Positions 1 through 9,300 of a stretch of DNA of 64,000 nt are shown one piece after another (the first letter of the stretch is position 1; each line of letters starts with the position of its first letter). A model generated the notes under the pieces. That model ran no database searches. It saw nothing but the letters and a program-made list of their open reading frames with translations, and was not told the origin of the DNA. The stretch comes from Kofleriaceae bacterium (lineage in GTDB: Bacteria > Myxococcota_A > Polyangia > Haliangiales > Haliangiaceae), in assembly GCA_046597055.1 (NCBI GenBank), contig JBKJLC010000123.1, positions 8,502 to 72,501 of the forward strand, written 5' to 3'. The position numbers and the translations under genes were made by a program.

Positions 1-93
1 GCCGACGCCGAGCTGATCCCGGCCGACGTGGTGACGCCGGGGCGGGCCCGGCGCGGCACGCGCACCCGCGAGTTGTCGCCGTACGCGACCTGA
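1..93 (+). CDS. 3' end of an unidentified CDS entering from the left edge
   Basis: Frame 1 is open from base 1 (ADAELIPADVVTPG...SPYAT) to TGA at 91-93 with GC-rich third positions; convergent with the kinase gene. Too short to identify. Confidence 0.35.
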   Translation, partial: ADAELIPADVVTPGRARRGTRTRELSPYAT

Positions 94-164
94 CCCTGGC
101 CTCCCGGCGGCATGGCGCGGGCGCCGGGCCCGACCACGCCGTGGCAGCGGCGCCGGGCACCGCG

Positions 165-1477
165 TCAGTCGGGGTCGCGACCCGCGGCCAGCGGCAGCGA
201 GACCACGGCCTCGCAACCGCGGGCGCCGATCCGGTTGCGCAGCACCAGGGTGCCACCGTGGGCCTCGGCGATCTGACGCGACAGCACCAGCCCGATGCCT
301 GACCCGCTCGGCTTGGTCGTGACGAAGGGCACGAACAGGTTGGTGGTCTGGGCCAGCCCCGGGCCGTCGTCCTCGACGACGATCTCGGCGCTGCCGGTGC
401 CCGCGACCACCGACCAGCGCAGGCGGACCCCGGCGCCGTCGGCCGCGCCGGTCTCCAGCACCGCCTCGGCCGCGTTCGCCACCAGGTTGATGAGGAGCTG
501 ATCGAGCTGGTCGCCATCGCCGGCGACCGCGAGGTCCGGCCCCGGCGCGACCGCGACCCTGACCCGGGTCTCGAACTCGGCGGCGCGTCGGACCCAGGGC
601 GCGACCTCGACCGTGCCCGGCTGCGGCGGCGGCAGCCGGGCCAGCCGCGCGTACGAGGTCATGAATCGCGACAGCGCCTCGGACCGGCGCTGGATCACGG
701 CCAGCCCGCGCTCGAGATCCGCGTCGAGATCGGGCGCGCGCTCGGCCGCGGCCAGCGCGTAGCGCAGGGTGTCGGCGATCGACCGGATCGGCCCGAGCGA
801 GTTGTTGATCTCGTGCCCGAGCACGCGCACCAGCCGCCGCCACGCCTCGCGCTCCTCGGCACGCAGCGCGCGGCCGACGTCGGTCAGCACCACCAGCCGG
901 TGCGGCACGCCCGACAGCCGGACCTCGCTGCGCCGGATCTGCCAGGGACCGTCGCCGCCCGGCAGCGCCAGCCGTACCGTGCGCACGCTCTCGACCTCGA
1001 ACAGCTCGGCGATCCCGAGCGCGGTCACCGGCTGCCCGATCACCGTCGCCGTGCCCAGCGCGCGCTCGGCGGCGCGGTTGGCGACCCGGACCCGGCCGTC
1101 GCGATCGGTGGCCAGCACCGCGACGTCGATGCCCTCGACCACCCGGGCCAGCCCGGCAGCGGCCTCCTCGTCGCGGTGGCGCTCCTCGCGCAGCTCGGAC
1201 GCCAGCGCGCCCAGCTCGCCGAGCGCCAGGCCCAGCGCGTCGCGCTGGCGATCGTGGCGGCCGCGGACGCTGTAGTCGCGCGCGCGCAGCGCGGCCAGCA
1301 GGTTGCCGAGCGTCTGCAGCGGCCGCACCACGCGCTCGTACACGGCGGCGACGCAGATCGCGACGCCGACCCCCATCGCCAGGGTCAGCGTGACCTCGGT
1401 CTTGCGATCGAACCCCGCGGTCCACAGCAGCGGCAGCGCCACCACCGTGGGGATCGCCGCGGCCGCGAGCACGAGCC
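165..1477 (-). pseudogene. NtrY-like membrane sensor histidine kinase lacking its own start, fused in frame to the tail of the upstream response regulator
   Basis: Two TM segments, HAMP/PAS-like region, H-box VLGHEINNSLGPI, N-box QLLINLVANA, G1 VEDDGPG, F-box NLFVPFVTTK, G2 GSGIGL. The N-terminus joins directly to ...LIERALTTHAG with no start codon or intergenic gap. Confidence 0.8.
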
Positions 1478-2442
<965 letters not shown>

Positions 2443-2732
2443 CGCCGGTGAGGATACTCGAAGGCGCCGGCCGAGCTGGCGCCTCGGGTCGCCACCCGCG
2501 CGGTCGTGCGATCCGTGCCCACTGCCGTTGGCGGCTCCTGGGGTTGCCGTGGACAGGCGTCCCGCCGGGCTTGCTGGAGTCATTTGTAGCCAGCCGCGAG
2601 CGCCGCCGGCGGCTGGCGTAGCCACCCTCGCGACCCCGCGCGTCAGGCGATCTCGACGAGTTGGCGTATCCGGACTGTCATCGACGTGTCGGCCGTGACG
2701 GTCGCGCGCGTCGAGGAGACGCCGGCCGGCGT

Positions 2733-2748
2733 TGGTACAAGCCGTGCT
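2733..2748 (+). promoter_or_regulatory. Candidate sigma-54 (-24/-12) promoter of the transglutaminase gene
   Basis: TGGTACAAGCCGTGCT has GG-N10-GC spacing, close to TGGCAC-N5-TTGC; the ATG is at 2761. Confidence 0.5.
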
Positions 2749-2760
2749 GATAGGCAATTC

Positions 2761-4926
2761 ATGACCAGGCCGCTCTACTCGCTCAAAAGCTCCATGCTCA
2801 CGTTTGGTTTTGCTGCTGCTGCACTGACCGCCATGTCGGGCTGCGCGGACGACGTGGCCCCCTTCGACACCGAGCTCGGCAAGCCCAAGGATGACGGCAC
2901 CGGCGGCAAGGCCGAGGGCTACAACACCAACAGCGACAACCCGTTCACCTTCGCGCCCGACCTGGTCGACACCTACGCCAGCCTGCCCAAGACCGGCGAG
3001 ACCGCGCGCAAGCCGTGGGCCGCCAACTACTGGCCGACCTGGAAGGACAACATCAACGACCGCTGGGCGGGCCCGAACACGGTGTCCCCGGCGGCGAAGT
3101 ACGGCGCGGCCTTCGGCGTGACCGGCGTCGAGGACGCGGTCTCGCGCTACCACGGCATCGACAGCCAGGGCACCGCCAAGACCTGCGCCACCACCGCCGA
3201 GTGCGACACCACCGTCGGCGAGGAGTGCTCGAAGCGCACCGGCGCCACCTCGGGCAAGTGCATCCAGACCTGGTTCGGCATCTGTCACGCGTGGGCGCCG
3301 GCCGCGATCATGTACGAGGAGCCCAAGCACGCGGTGACGTTCGGTGGCCAGGAGTTCAAGGTCAACGACATCAAGGCGCTGGTCACCCTCGCCAACAACA
3401 GCGTCGACAGCAAGTTCGTCTCGCTGCGCTGCAACGACCGGCTCAAGGACATCGCGCTCGACCAGTACGGTCGCCCGGTGAGCACCAGCTGCCGCTACAC
3501 CAACGCCGCCACCTACCACCTGATCCTCGCCAACTTCCTCGGCCTCCGCAAGGCGGGCTTCGTCGAGGACCGGACGTTCGACTACGAGGTGTGGAACCAG
3601 CCGGTCCGCGGCTTCCAGGTCACCGCCGAGAAGGAAGTGACCCCGGCCGAGGCCAACGCGCTGATCGGCGCCACCGGCGGCACCAGCGCCACCGTGACCG
3701 GCGCGGTCGCCAAGGACGCCTGGACCCACTTCGGTCCTTACACGGTCGCCGCCGGCGACAGCGTGGGCGTCGCGATGACCGGCAACAACGACGCTGACCT
3801 CTACGTCGGCATGGGCAGCCAGCCGACCAAGACCACGTACGCCTGCCGCCCTTACGGCGACAACTCGGTCGAGAACTGCAACCTGAACGTCCCCGCCGGC
3901 GTGACCCAGTTCTACGTCTCGGCGAACGGCTTCGCCGCGTCGTCGGACTTCGAGATCAAGCTCAAGTACGGCACCGTCCCCAGCACCTACATCTTCAACG
4001 CCGCCGCCGCGAAGCTCGTCTACCTGAAGACCGACGTCCAGTGGATCGCCGAGTCGCCCGCCCACGTCGACGGCAACCTCGGCAGCACGATCGACACCTA
4101 CACCCACACCGACAAGTACGAGTACGTCCTCGAGATCGACGCGGGCGGCAAGGTCATCGGCGGCGAGTGGGTCGGCAGCAGCAAGACCGCGCACCCGGAC
4201 TTCCTGTGGCTCCCGACCGGCCTGTCGCAGGCCTCGGTCGCCGGCGGCAAGATCACCTGGGCCAACGTCAAGAAGGTCTATGACCTCTCGATCGACGCGC
4301 CCGGCGCCGGCACCGGCACCACCACCCCGCCGACCACCGTCAACGAGACCGGCACGGTCGCCAAGGCCGCCTGGAAGCACTACGGCCCGTTCAACGGCTC
4401 GGACATCGCGGTCGCGATGACCGGCACCGGTGACGCCGACCTCTACGTCCGCCGCGGCGCCCAGCCCACCGCGGCCGACTACGACTGCCGCCCGTACGCC
4501 GGCGGCACCGCCGAGGACTGCTCGGTCAACGGCGCCGGTCCCTTCTACGTCTCGGTCAACGGCTACGCGGCGACCAGCAACTTCACCCTCGCCATCAGCT
4601 TCACCACCGGCACCACCCCGACCCCGACCCCGACCCCGACCACCGCGACGGTCGTCAACGAGACCGGCACGGTCGTCGCTGGCGAGTGGAAGCAGCTGGG
4701 CCCGTACACCGCCGCCGAGCTGTCCGCGGTCATGACCGTGACCGGCGACGCCGACCTCTACGTCAGGAAGGGCGCCCAGCCGACCAGCGCCTCCTACGAC
4801 TGCCGCCCCTACAAGGGCAACAACGTCACCGAGACTTGCAACCTGAGCGGCGCGGCCAGCTACTACCTCGCCATCAACGGCTACACCGCCTCGAGCACCT
4901 TCGCCCTGAAGGTCGAGTACAAGTAA
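2761..4926 (+). CDS. GP42-type (TGase_elicitor family) transglutaminase-like lipoprotein with three PPC domains
   Basis: Lipobox ..ALTAMSG-C; PWAANYWPTWKDNINDRW, SPAAKY, catalytic WFGICHAW, FKVNDIKAL, VWNQPVRGF, YEYVLEID..VIGGEW..HPDFLW. Three PPC-like repeats (MTG.GDADLYV..G.QPT...Y.CRPY....E.C) and a Thr/Pro linker. Confidence 0.85.
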   Translation: MTRPLYSLKSSMLTFGFAAAALTAMSGCADDVAPFDTELGKPKDDGTGGKAEGYNTNSDNPFTFAPDLVDTYASLPKTGETARKPWAANYWPTWKDNINDRWAGPNTVSPAAKYGAAFGVTGVEDAVSRYHGIDSQGTAKTCATTAECDTTVGEECSKRTGATSGKCIQTWFGICHAWAPAAIMYEEPKHAVTFGGQEFKVNDIKALVTLANNSVDSKFVSLRCNDRLKDIALDQYGRPVSTSCRYTNAATYHLILANFLGLRKAGFVEDRTFDYEVWNQPVRGFQVTAEKEVTPAEANALIGATGGTSATVTGAVAKDAWTHFGPYTVAAGDSVGVAMTGNNDADLYVGMGSQPTKTTYACRPYGDNSVENCNLNVPAGVTQFYVSANGFAASSDFEIKLKYGTVPSTYIFNAAAAKLVYLKTDVQWIAESPAHVDGNLGSTIDTYTHTDKYEYVLEIDAGGKVIGGEWVGSSKTAHPDFLWLPTGLSQASVAGGKITWANVKKVYDLSIDAPGAGTGTTTPPTTVNETGTVAKAAWKHYGPFNGSDIAVAMTGTGDADLYVRRGAQPTAADYDCRPYAGGTAEDCSVNGAGPFYVSVNGYAATSNFTLAISFTTGTTPTPTPTPTTATVVNETGTVVAGEWKQLGPYTAAELSAVMTVTGDADLYVRKGAQPTSASYDCRPYKGNNVTETCNLSGAASYYLAINGYTASSTFALKVEYK

Positions 4927-4946
4927 CCCGCGACCCGACCGCCTCC

Positions 4947-4985
4947 GACGGCTCGCGCCTCACCGGCGCGGGCCGTCCGCATTTT
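4947..4985 (+). terminator. Probable intrinsic terminator after the transglutaminase gene
   Basis: 13-bp stem GACGGCTCGCGCC / GGCGCGGGCCGTC with a 5-nt loop, followed by CGCATTTT. Confidence 0.5.
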
Positions 4986-5020
4986 CGGCGCCCGCTGACG
5001 CAGGCGTGTCGAGAGACCTT

Positions 5021-5138
5021 CCCGTTCGTCCCGAGCGCAGCCCGGCGCGGAGCGACGGGCGAAGTCGAAGGACGCCCTCCCACCGGACGCACGGCGTCCT
5101 TGGACTCCGCGCTCCGGGCTGCGCTCAGAACGAACGGG
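5021..5138. repeat. REP-like inverted-repeat element
   Basis: CCCGTTCGTCCCGAGCGCAGCCCGG...AGTCGAAGGACGCC pairs imperfectly with GGCGTCCTTGGACT...CCGGGCTGCGCTCAGAACGAACGGG. Confidence 0.7.
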
Positions 5139-5203
5139 AGAGGCGAAGGCGAAGGGCGAGCCTCAGGATTGATCCCAAGTCTTCATGTGATCGGAAGCGC
5201 TCA

Positions 5204-5440
5204 CCTTTCCCGGTGGCCCTGAGCCGGCGCCGCAGGCGCCGTGTCGAAGGGCAGCGCTCGGGACTGATCACAACTCGCCAGGTGATCGAAAGGGTTGTCC
5301 TTTCCCGGTGGCCCTGAGCCGGCGCCGCAGGCGCCGTGTCGAAGGGCAGAGCGCCAAGGTGCCGCACGTGAGCTTCGACGGGCTGCCCTTCGACGGCGGG
5401 CTCAGGGACGCCGGGGGAGATGTGCGGGATCCTGGGCGCA
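5204..5440. repeat. Cluster of REP-like units: two identical 51-bp direct copies plus an inverted partial copy
   Basis: CCTTTCCCGGTGGCCCTGAGCCGGCGCCGCAGGCGCCGTGTCGAAGGGCAG at 5204-5254 and 5299-5349; inverted CTGCCCTTCGACGGCGGGCTCAGGGACGCCGGG from 5383; tail TGTGCGGGATCCTGGGCGCA shared with the copy near 38380. Confidence 0.85.
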
Positions 5441-5530
5441 GCGCGTGAGAGGTGACGGCGAACGGGAGCGGCACATCGAAGGACCGACGAGACGCACGTC
5501 GAAGGACGACCGGGAAAGGCCCGGCCGCGA

Positions 5531-6304
5531 TCAGGTCTTGCGGTCCTCGACGATGCGGCCGTCGAACAGCTGCACCACCCGGCTCGCCTTGGCCGCGTAG
5601 TCCGGGTTGTGGGTCACCATGATGATGGTCGTGCCGTTGGCGTGCAGGCCCTCGAGCAGCGCCATCACCTGGTCGCCGTTCTTGGAGTCGAGGTTGCCGG
5701 TCGGCTCGTCAGCGAGCAGGAGCCGGGGCTCGCCGACCACCGCGCGCGCGACCGCGACCCGCTGCTGCTGACCGCCCGACAGCTGGCCGGGCTGGTGGCG
5801 CGCGCGCGGGGTCATGCCGACCTGATCGAGCGCGGCCATGACCCGACGCTTGCGCTTGGGCGCGGCCACGCCGCGGTAGACCAGGGGCAGCTCGACGTTC
5901 TCGAACCCGTCGAGGTCGCCGATCAGGTTGAAGGCCTGGAAGCTGAACCCGATCTCGCGGTTGCGCAGGCGCGCCCGGGTCGCGGCGTCGAGGCCCGACG
6001 CGACCACCCCGCCGAGCTGGTACTCGCCGCGGGTCGGCTCGTCGAGCAGGCCGAGGATCGCCAGCAGCGACGACTTGCCGGACCCCGACGGCCCGTTGAT
6101 CGACAGGAACTCGCCCGCGGGCACCTCGAGATAGACGTTGGTGAGCGCGTGGGTCTCCACCTCGTCGGTGTGGAAGATCTTCGCGATCGCCGACAGCTTG
6201 ATGGCGGCCTCCTGGTGGGCCGCGGCGGTCGGCGCCGCGGGCGCCTTCGACGTGGACGTGGACGTGGGCGGGGTGACGGTCGGGATGGTCGGGCTGGCTT
6301 CCAT
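5531..6304 (-). CDS. ABC transporter ATP-binding protein, LolD/MacB-type (orphan)
   Basis: Walker A GPSGSGKSS, signature LSGGQQQRV, Walker B LLLADEPTGNLD, H-loop VTHN; N-terminal KIFHTDEVETHAL typical of MacB-type exporters. Confidence 0.9.
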   Translation of the reverse strand: MEASPTIPTVTPPTSTSTSKAPAAPTAAAHQEAAIKLSAIAKIFHTDEVETHALTNVYLEVPAGEFLSINGPSGSGKSSLLAILGLLDEPTRGEYQLGGVVASGLDAATRARLRNREIGFSFQAFNLIGDLDGFENVELPLVYRGVAAPKRKRRVMAALDQVGMTPRARHQPGQLSGGQQQRVAVARAVVGEPRLLLADEPTGNLDSKNGDQVMALLEGLHANGTTIIMVTHNPDYAAKASRVVQLFDGRIVEDRKT

Positions 6305-6507
6305 GGGTGCTGGGCCTTGTCGAGGTGGTGCTCGGCGCTCGCGAGCATGGGGGCCTTGCCGTCGGACCAGCCCTTGATCAGGCCGTCGAGCTCGGCGCGG
6401 AACCCGGCCAGGCTGACCCCGGGCTTGAGGCGCGCGGTGACCTCGAGGCTGTGGCCGCCGCGGCGGGTGCTGGCGGGATCCAGCGAGCCCGGCACCCAGG
6501 CCTCCAT
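6305..6507 (-). pseudogene. Internal fragment of a MacB/FtsX-type ABC permease
   Basis: AWVPGSLDP..RRGGHSLEVTARLKPGVSLAGFRAELD resembles the periplasmic xRLKPGVS motif of MacB-like permeases; no TM segments or other parts of the gene are present. Confidence 0.6.
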
Positions 6508-6670
6508 CCTGGTGCAACCGTTGCGATCGTGCGGACCGGCCGTCCGGTTGTGGGATCGGCGATCCCATTTCCGGACGCTGCGACAGGTGCGTCAGGCGAG
6601 ACGTCGCGCGCGCCCGCACCCGGCTCGCCACCCCCGAGCCGTCGGCCCGGCCGACGCCGGGTGACCGGTG

Positions 6671-9238
6671 TCACCGCGTGAGGAAGATCGGGTTGCTGAC
6701 CGCGAACGGCAGCCGCCCCGGGTGCACGGGCTCGAGCGCCTGGTTGCCGTAGGCCGCCACCACCACCCAGCCGCCGGGCGCCGCGACCGTGACCGGCACG
6801 ACGTCGTGCCAGCGCACGACCGGGTTGCCCGGCTCGGCGTCGGCGGCGGTGATCGGGATGGTCGCGACCGTGGCACCGTCGACCGTGACCTCGAGGGTGT
6901 CGACGTCGACCCAGCTCGCCGCTTGCACCCGCACGTCGACGCTGGCGACGTCCCCGACCCGCCCGGTGTCGCCGGGCCGCGCGGTGCCGACCGCGACGTC
7001 GAGGTAGATGCCGCCCGACACCGTCGCGTGGCCCGCGGCCAGCTGATCGCGGACCTGGTTGGCGGTGATCTGCGCCGGGGCGTCCGACCCGACCGCGATG
7101 CAGGTGCGCGGGTACCCGACCGGCGACGACCGGATCCCGTGGCTGTCCGACGCGCCGACCGCGAACATCGGGCGGCCGGTGTTCAGGATCGAGAACCAGT
7201 CGGCGACGGTACCGTTGCGGTTCGCCATCCAGCCCGATCCGTTGAACACCTCGACCAGCGTGAACTCCTCGTCCCACGCCTCGGGCCGGGCGGCCAGGCC
7301 GGTCACCGGGTCGAGGCCGGCGAAGCCGAAGTAGTCACCGTCGCCGTGTGGGTGGTTGATGATGATGGTCGGCCGCTCCGGGCGCGCGCGCACCTGCGCG
7401 AACACCACCGGCGGCATCAGCGTGCGCACCGCGCGGTCGGGGTCGGCGGCGGTCGGATACTCCTTCCACTGCGGGGCGCCGGCGTTGGGCAGCGACCCGT
7501 CGGGCTCGAGCGGGAACACGTTCATGTGGCCCCACTCCTGGAAGCTGGTCATCTCGATCGAGCCCACCGCCATCGCCCACGCCTGGTAGCCGAGGTCGGT
7601 GATGATCGACGCGAAGCTGTCGACGTACTCGTGGTCGGTGCGGACCAGGATCTCGACGCCGTCGCTCATCGCGCTCTGCACCTTGAGCACGGCGTCGTCG
7701 CCGGAGTCGTTGCTGCGGATGGTGTGGATGTGGAAGTCACCGCACTGCACGCCGGTGGTGTCGACCACCCGGCGCAGCAGCGGTGTCACGCTCACCCGCT
7801 GCGCGGGGGCGAGGTCGAGCGCCTGCTCGAAGAGCTCGTACTCGGGCCCGCGCGACACCACCAGCCGATAGCGCCCGGCCGGCACCGACAGCACCTGGGG
7901 CCGACCGTCGGAGAACGCGACCACGGCGCGACCGCCGGGCGGCTCGGGCTCGCCAAAGCTGTCGGGCACATCGACCAGGGTCGCGCCGTCGGGCACCAGC
8001 TGGACCCGGGCCGGCACCACCCCGGCGCCCTGCTCCATCACCGCGGCCACCGACACTTGCGCCGGGGCCGGCAGCGCGATCGTCGCGGTGGTCGCGGCCG
8101 CCGCCACGTCGACCCGGGCGATCGCCCCGCCCGGCTGCACCGCGGTCAGCGTGACCGGGGCCTCGAACGGGACGTGGACCGTGAACGCGCCGCTGGCGTC
8201 GACCGGCGCGCGGGTGAGGTAGACGTCGCCGGTCATGGCGTGGACCCGCGCGGCCGCGCCCGGCGCGATGCCGGTGACGGTGCCGGTGATCGCGCGCAGG
8301 GTCCGACCCTCGTCGACCGCGCGCGCCTGCTCGAGCCCGTCGAGGCCGGGCCCGCCGATCACGACGCGGGCATGGCGGTGCAGGGTCACCGCGCAGCGCG
8401 GGATCAGGTACGAGTCGTTGAGCGTCCCGACGAAGCCCGACTGCGCGATGCTGCCGCCGAGCGAGACCCCGGCGGCCCGGTAGGCCCAGCTCGCGCCATC
8501 GTCGTCGACGTGCTGGAGCCAGGTGGTGCCGCTGACCTCGGTGGTGAAGCCGGCGCCCGGCACCTGGGTCGGCGTGCGCTCGGTGAACATGAAGCCGTGC
8601 AGCACCGAGCCCGACGGGGTGTCGCCGGCTCGCGACGACCGCACGTGGTAGTCGATGTCGACCGCGACCGCGCCCGGCGCGAGCGTGTAGTCGATCGCGG
8701 CCTCGAGATCGCGCAGGTCGTCGGTGAGGATGCCGCTCAGCAAGAAGTCGAGGAACGGCAGCGGCGCCAGCCGGCCGCTGGCGCGCACGATCGCGGGGCC
8801 GCCATCGCTGCCGTCGTTGACCACGGTCACCGAGTCGGTGACGATCGCCGAGCGGCCGATCAAGAAGAAGACCTCGGTGAAGTCGGTAGGCCGGGTCAGC
8901 GCGCCGCCCTCGACCAGCGCGATGCCGACCGGGCGCCCGCCCCAGGGATCGTAGAGGTCGGACGCGCCGACGTCCTCGATCACGATCGCGACCCGGTCGT
9001 TGGCGAGCACGAAGTCGCCGACCGCCCAGGTCTCGAGCCCGAGCGTGGTCGGCGGCAGCTGCGCCGGCGACGTGATGCGGCCGGCCCGGGCCTGGGTGGC
9101 GCTGGCCCCGAGGGGTTGCGGGTGACCCTCGGGATCGCCGGCCGGCGGTAGCTCCGCGCAGGCGGGGGAGGAGGAGTCGTCGCCACATGCGGCGGCGAGG
9201 ACGCCCGCGAGGAGAAGCAGGACGCGACCGGGGGTCAT
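6671..9238 (-). CDS. CehA/McbA-family (PHP-like) metallohydrolase lipoprotein
   Basis: Lipobox LAAA-C; PHP motifs GDFHIHTIRSNDS, RTDHEY, IEMTS..WGHMN, IINHP, ASDSH; N-terminal GDFVLANDRV and VSRGPEY motifs. Confidence 0.8.
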   Translation of the reverse strand: MTPGRVLLLLAGVLAAACGDDSSSPACAELPPAGDPEGHPQPLGASATQARAGRITSPAQLPPTTLGLETWAVGDFVLANDRVAIVIEDVGASDLYDPWGGRPVGIALVEGGALTRPTDFTEVFFLIGRSAIVTDSVTVVNDGSDGGPAIVRASGRLAPLPFLDFLLSGILTDDLRDLEAAIDYTLAPGAVAVDIDYHVRSSRAGDTPSGSVLHGFMFTERTPTQVPGAGFTTEVSGTTWLQHVDDDGASWAYRAAGVSLGGSIAQSGFVGTLNDSYLIPRCAVTLHRHARVVIGGPGLDGLEQARAVDEGRTLRAITGTVTGIAPGAAARVHAMTGDVYLTRAPVDASGAFTVHVPFEAPVTLTAVQPGGAIARVDVAAAATTATIALPAPAQVSVAAVMEQGAGVVPARVQLVPDGATLVDVPDSFGEPEPPGGRAVVAFSDGRPQVLSVPAGRYRLVVSRGPEYELFEQALDLAPAQRVSVTPLLRRVVDTTGVQCGDFHIHTIRSNDSGDDAVLKVQSAMSDGVEILVRTDHEYVDSFASIITDLGYQAWAMAVGSIEMTSFQEWGHMNVFPLEPDGSLPNAGAPQWKEYPTAADPDRAVRTLMPPVVFAQVRARPERPTIIINHPHGDGDYFGFAGLDPVTGLAARPEAWDEEFTLVEVFNGSGWMANRNGTVADWFSILNTGRPMFAVGASDSHGIRSSPVGYPRTCIAVGSDAPAQITANQVRDQLAAGHATVSGGIYLDVAVGTARPGDTGRVGDVASVDVRVQAASWVDVDTLEVTVDGATVATIPITAADAEPGNPVVRWHDVVPVTVAAPGGWVVVAAYGNQALEPVHPGRLPFAVSNPIFLTR

Positions 9239-9300
9239 GCGAGGGGAATGCTACGCCGAAGTGACAGGAGTACGTGACCGGAACATCGTAGACTCGTCAG

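Noticed and set aside
5204..5349. Two identical 51-bp repeats separated by 44 bp as a mini CRISPR array
   Set aside because: Only two copies, long for a CRISPR repeat, no cas genes, and related inverted and dispersed copies show it is a REP-like family.
6508..6530. Sigma-54 promoter before the permease fragment
   Set aside because: TTGCA is present, but there is no GG at the -24 position.
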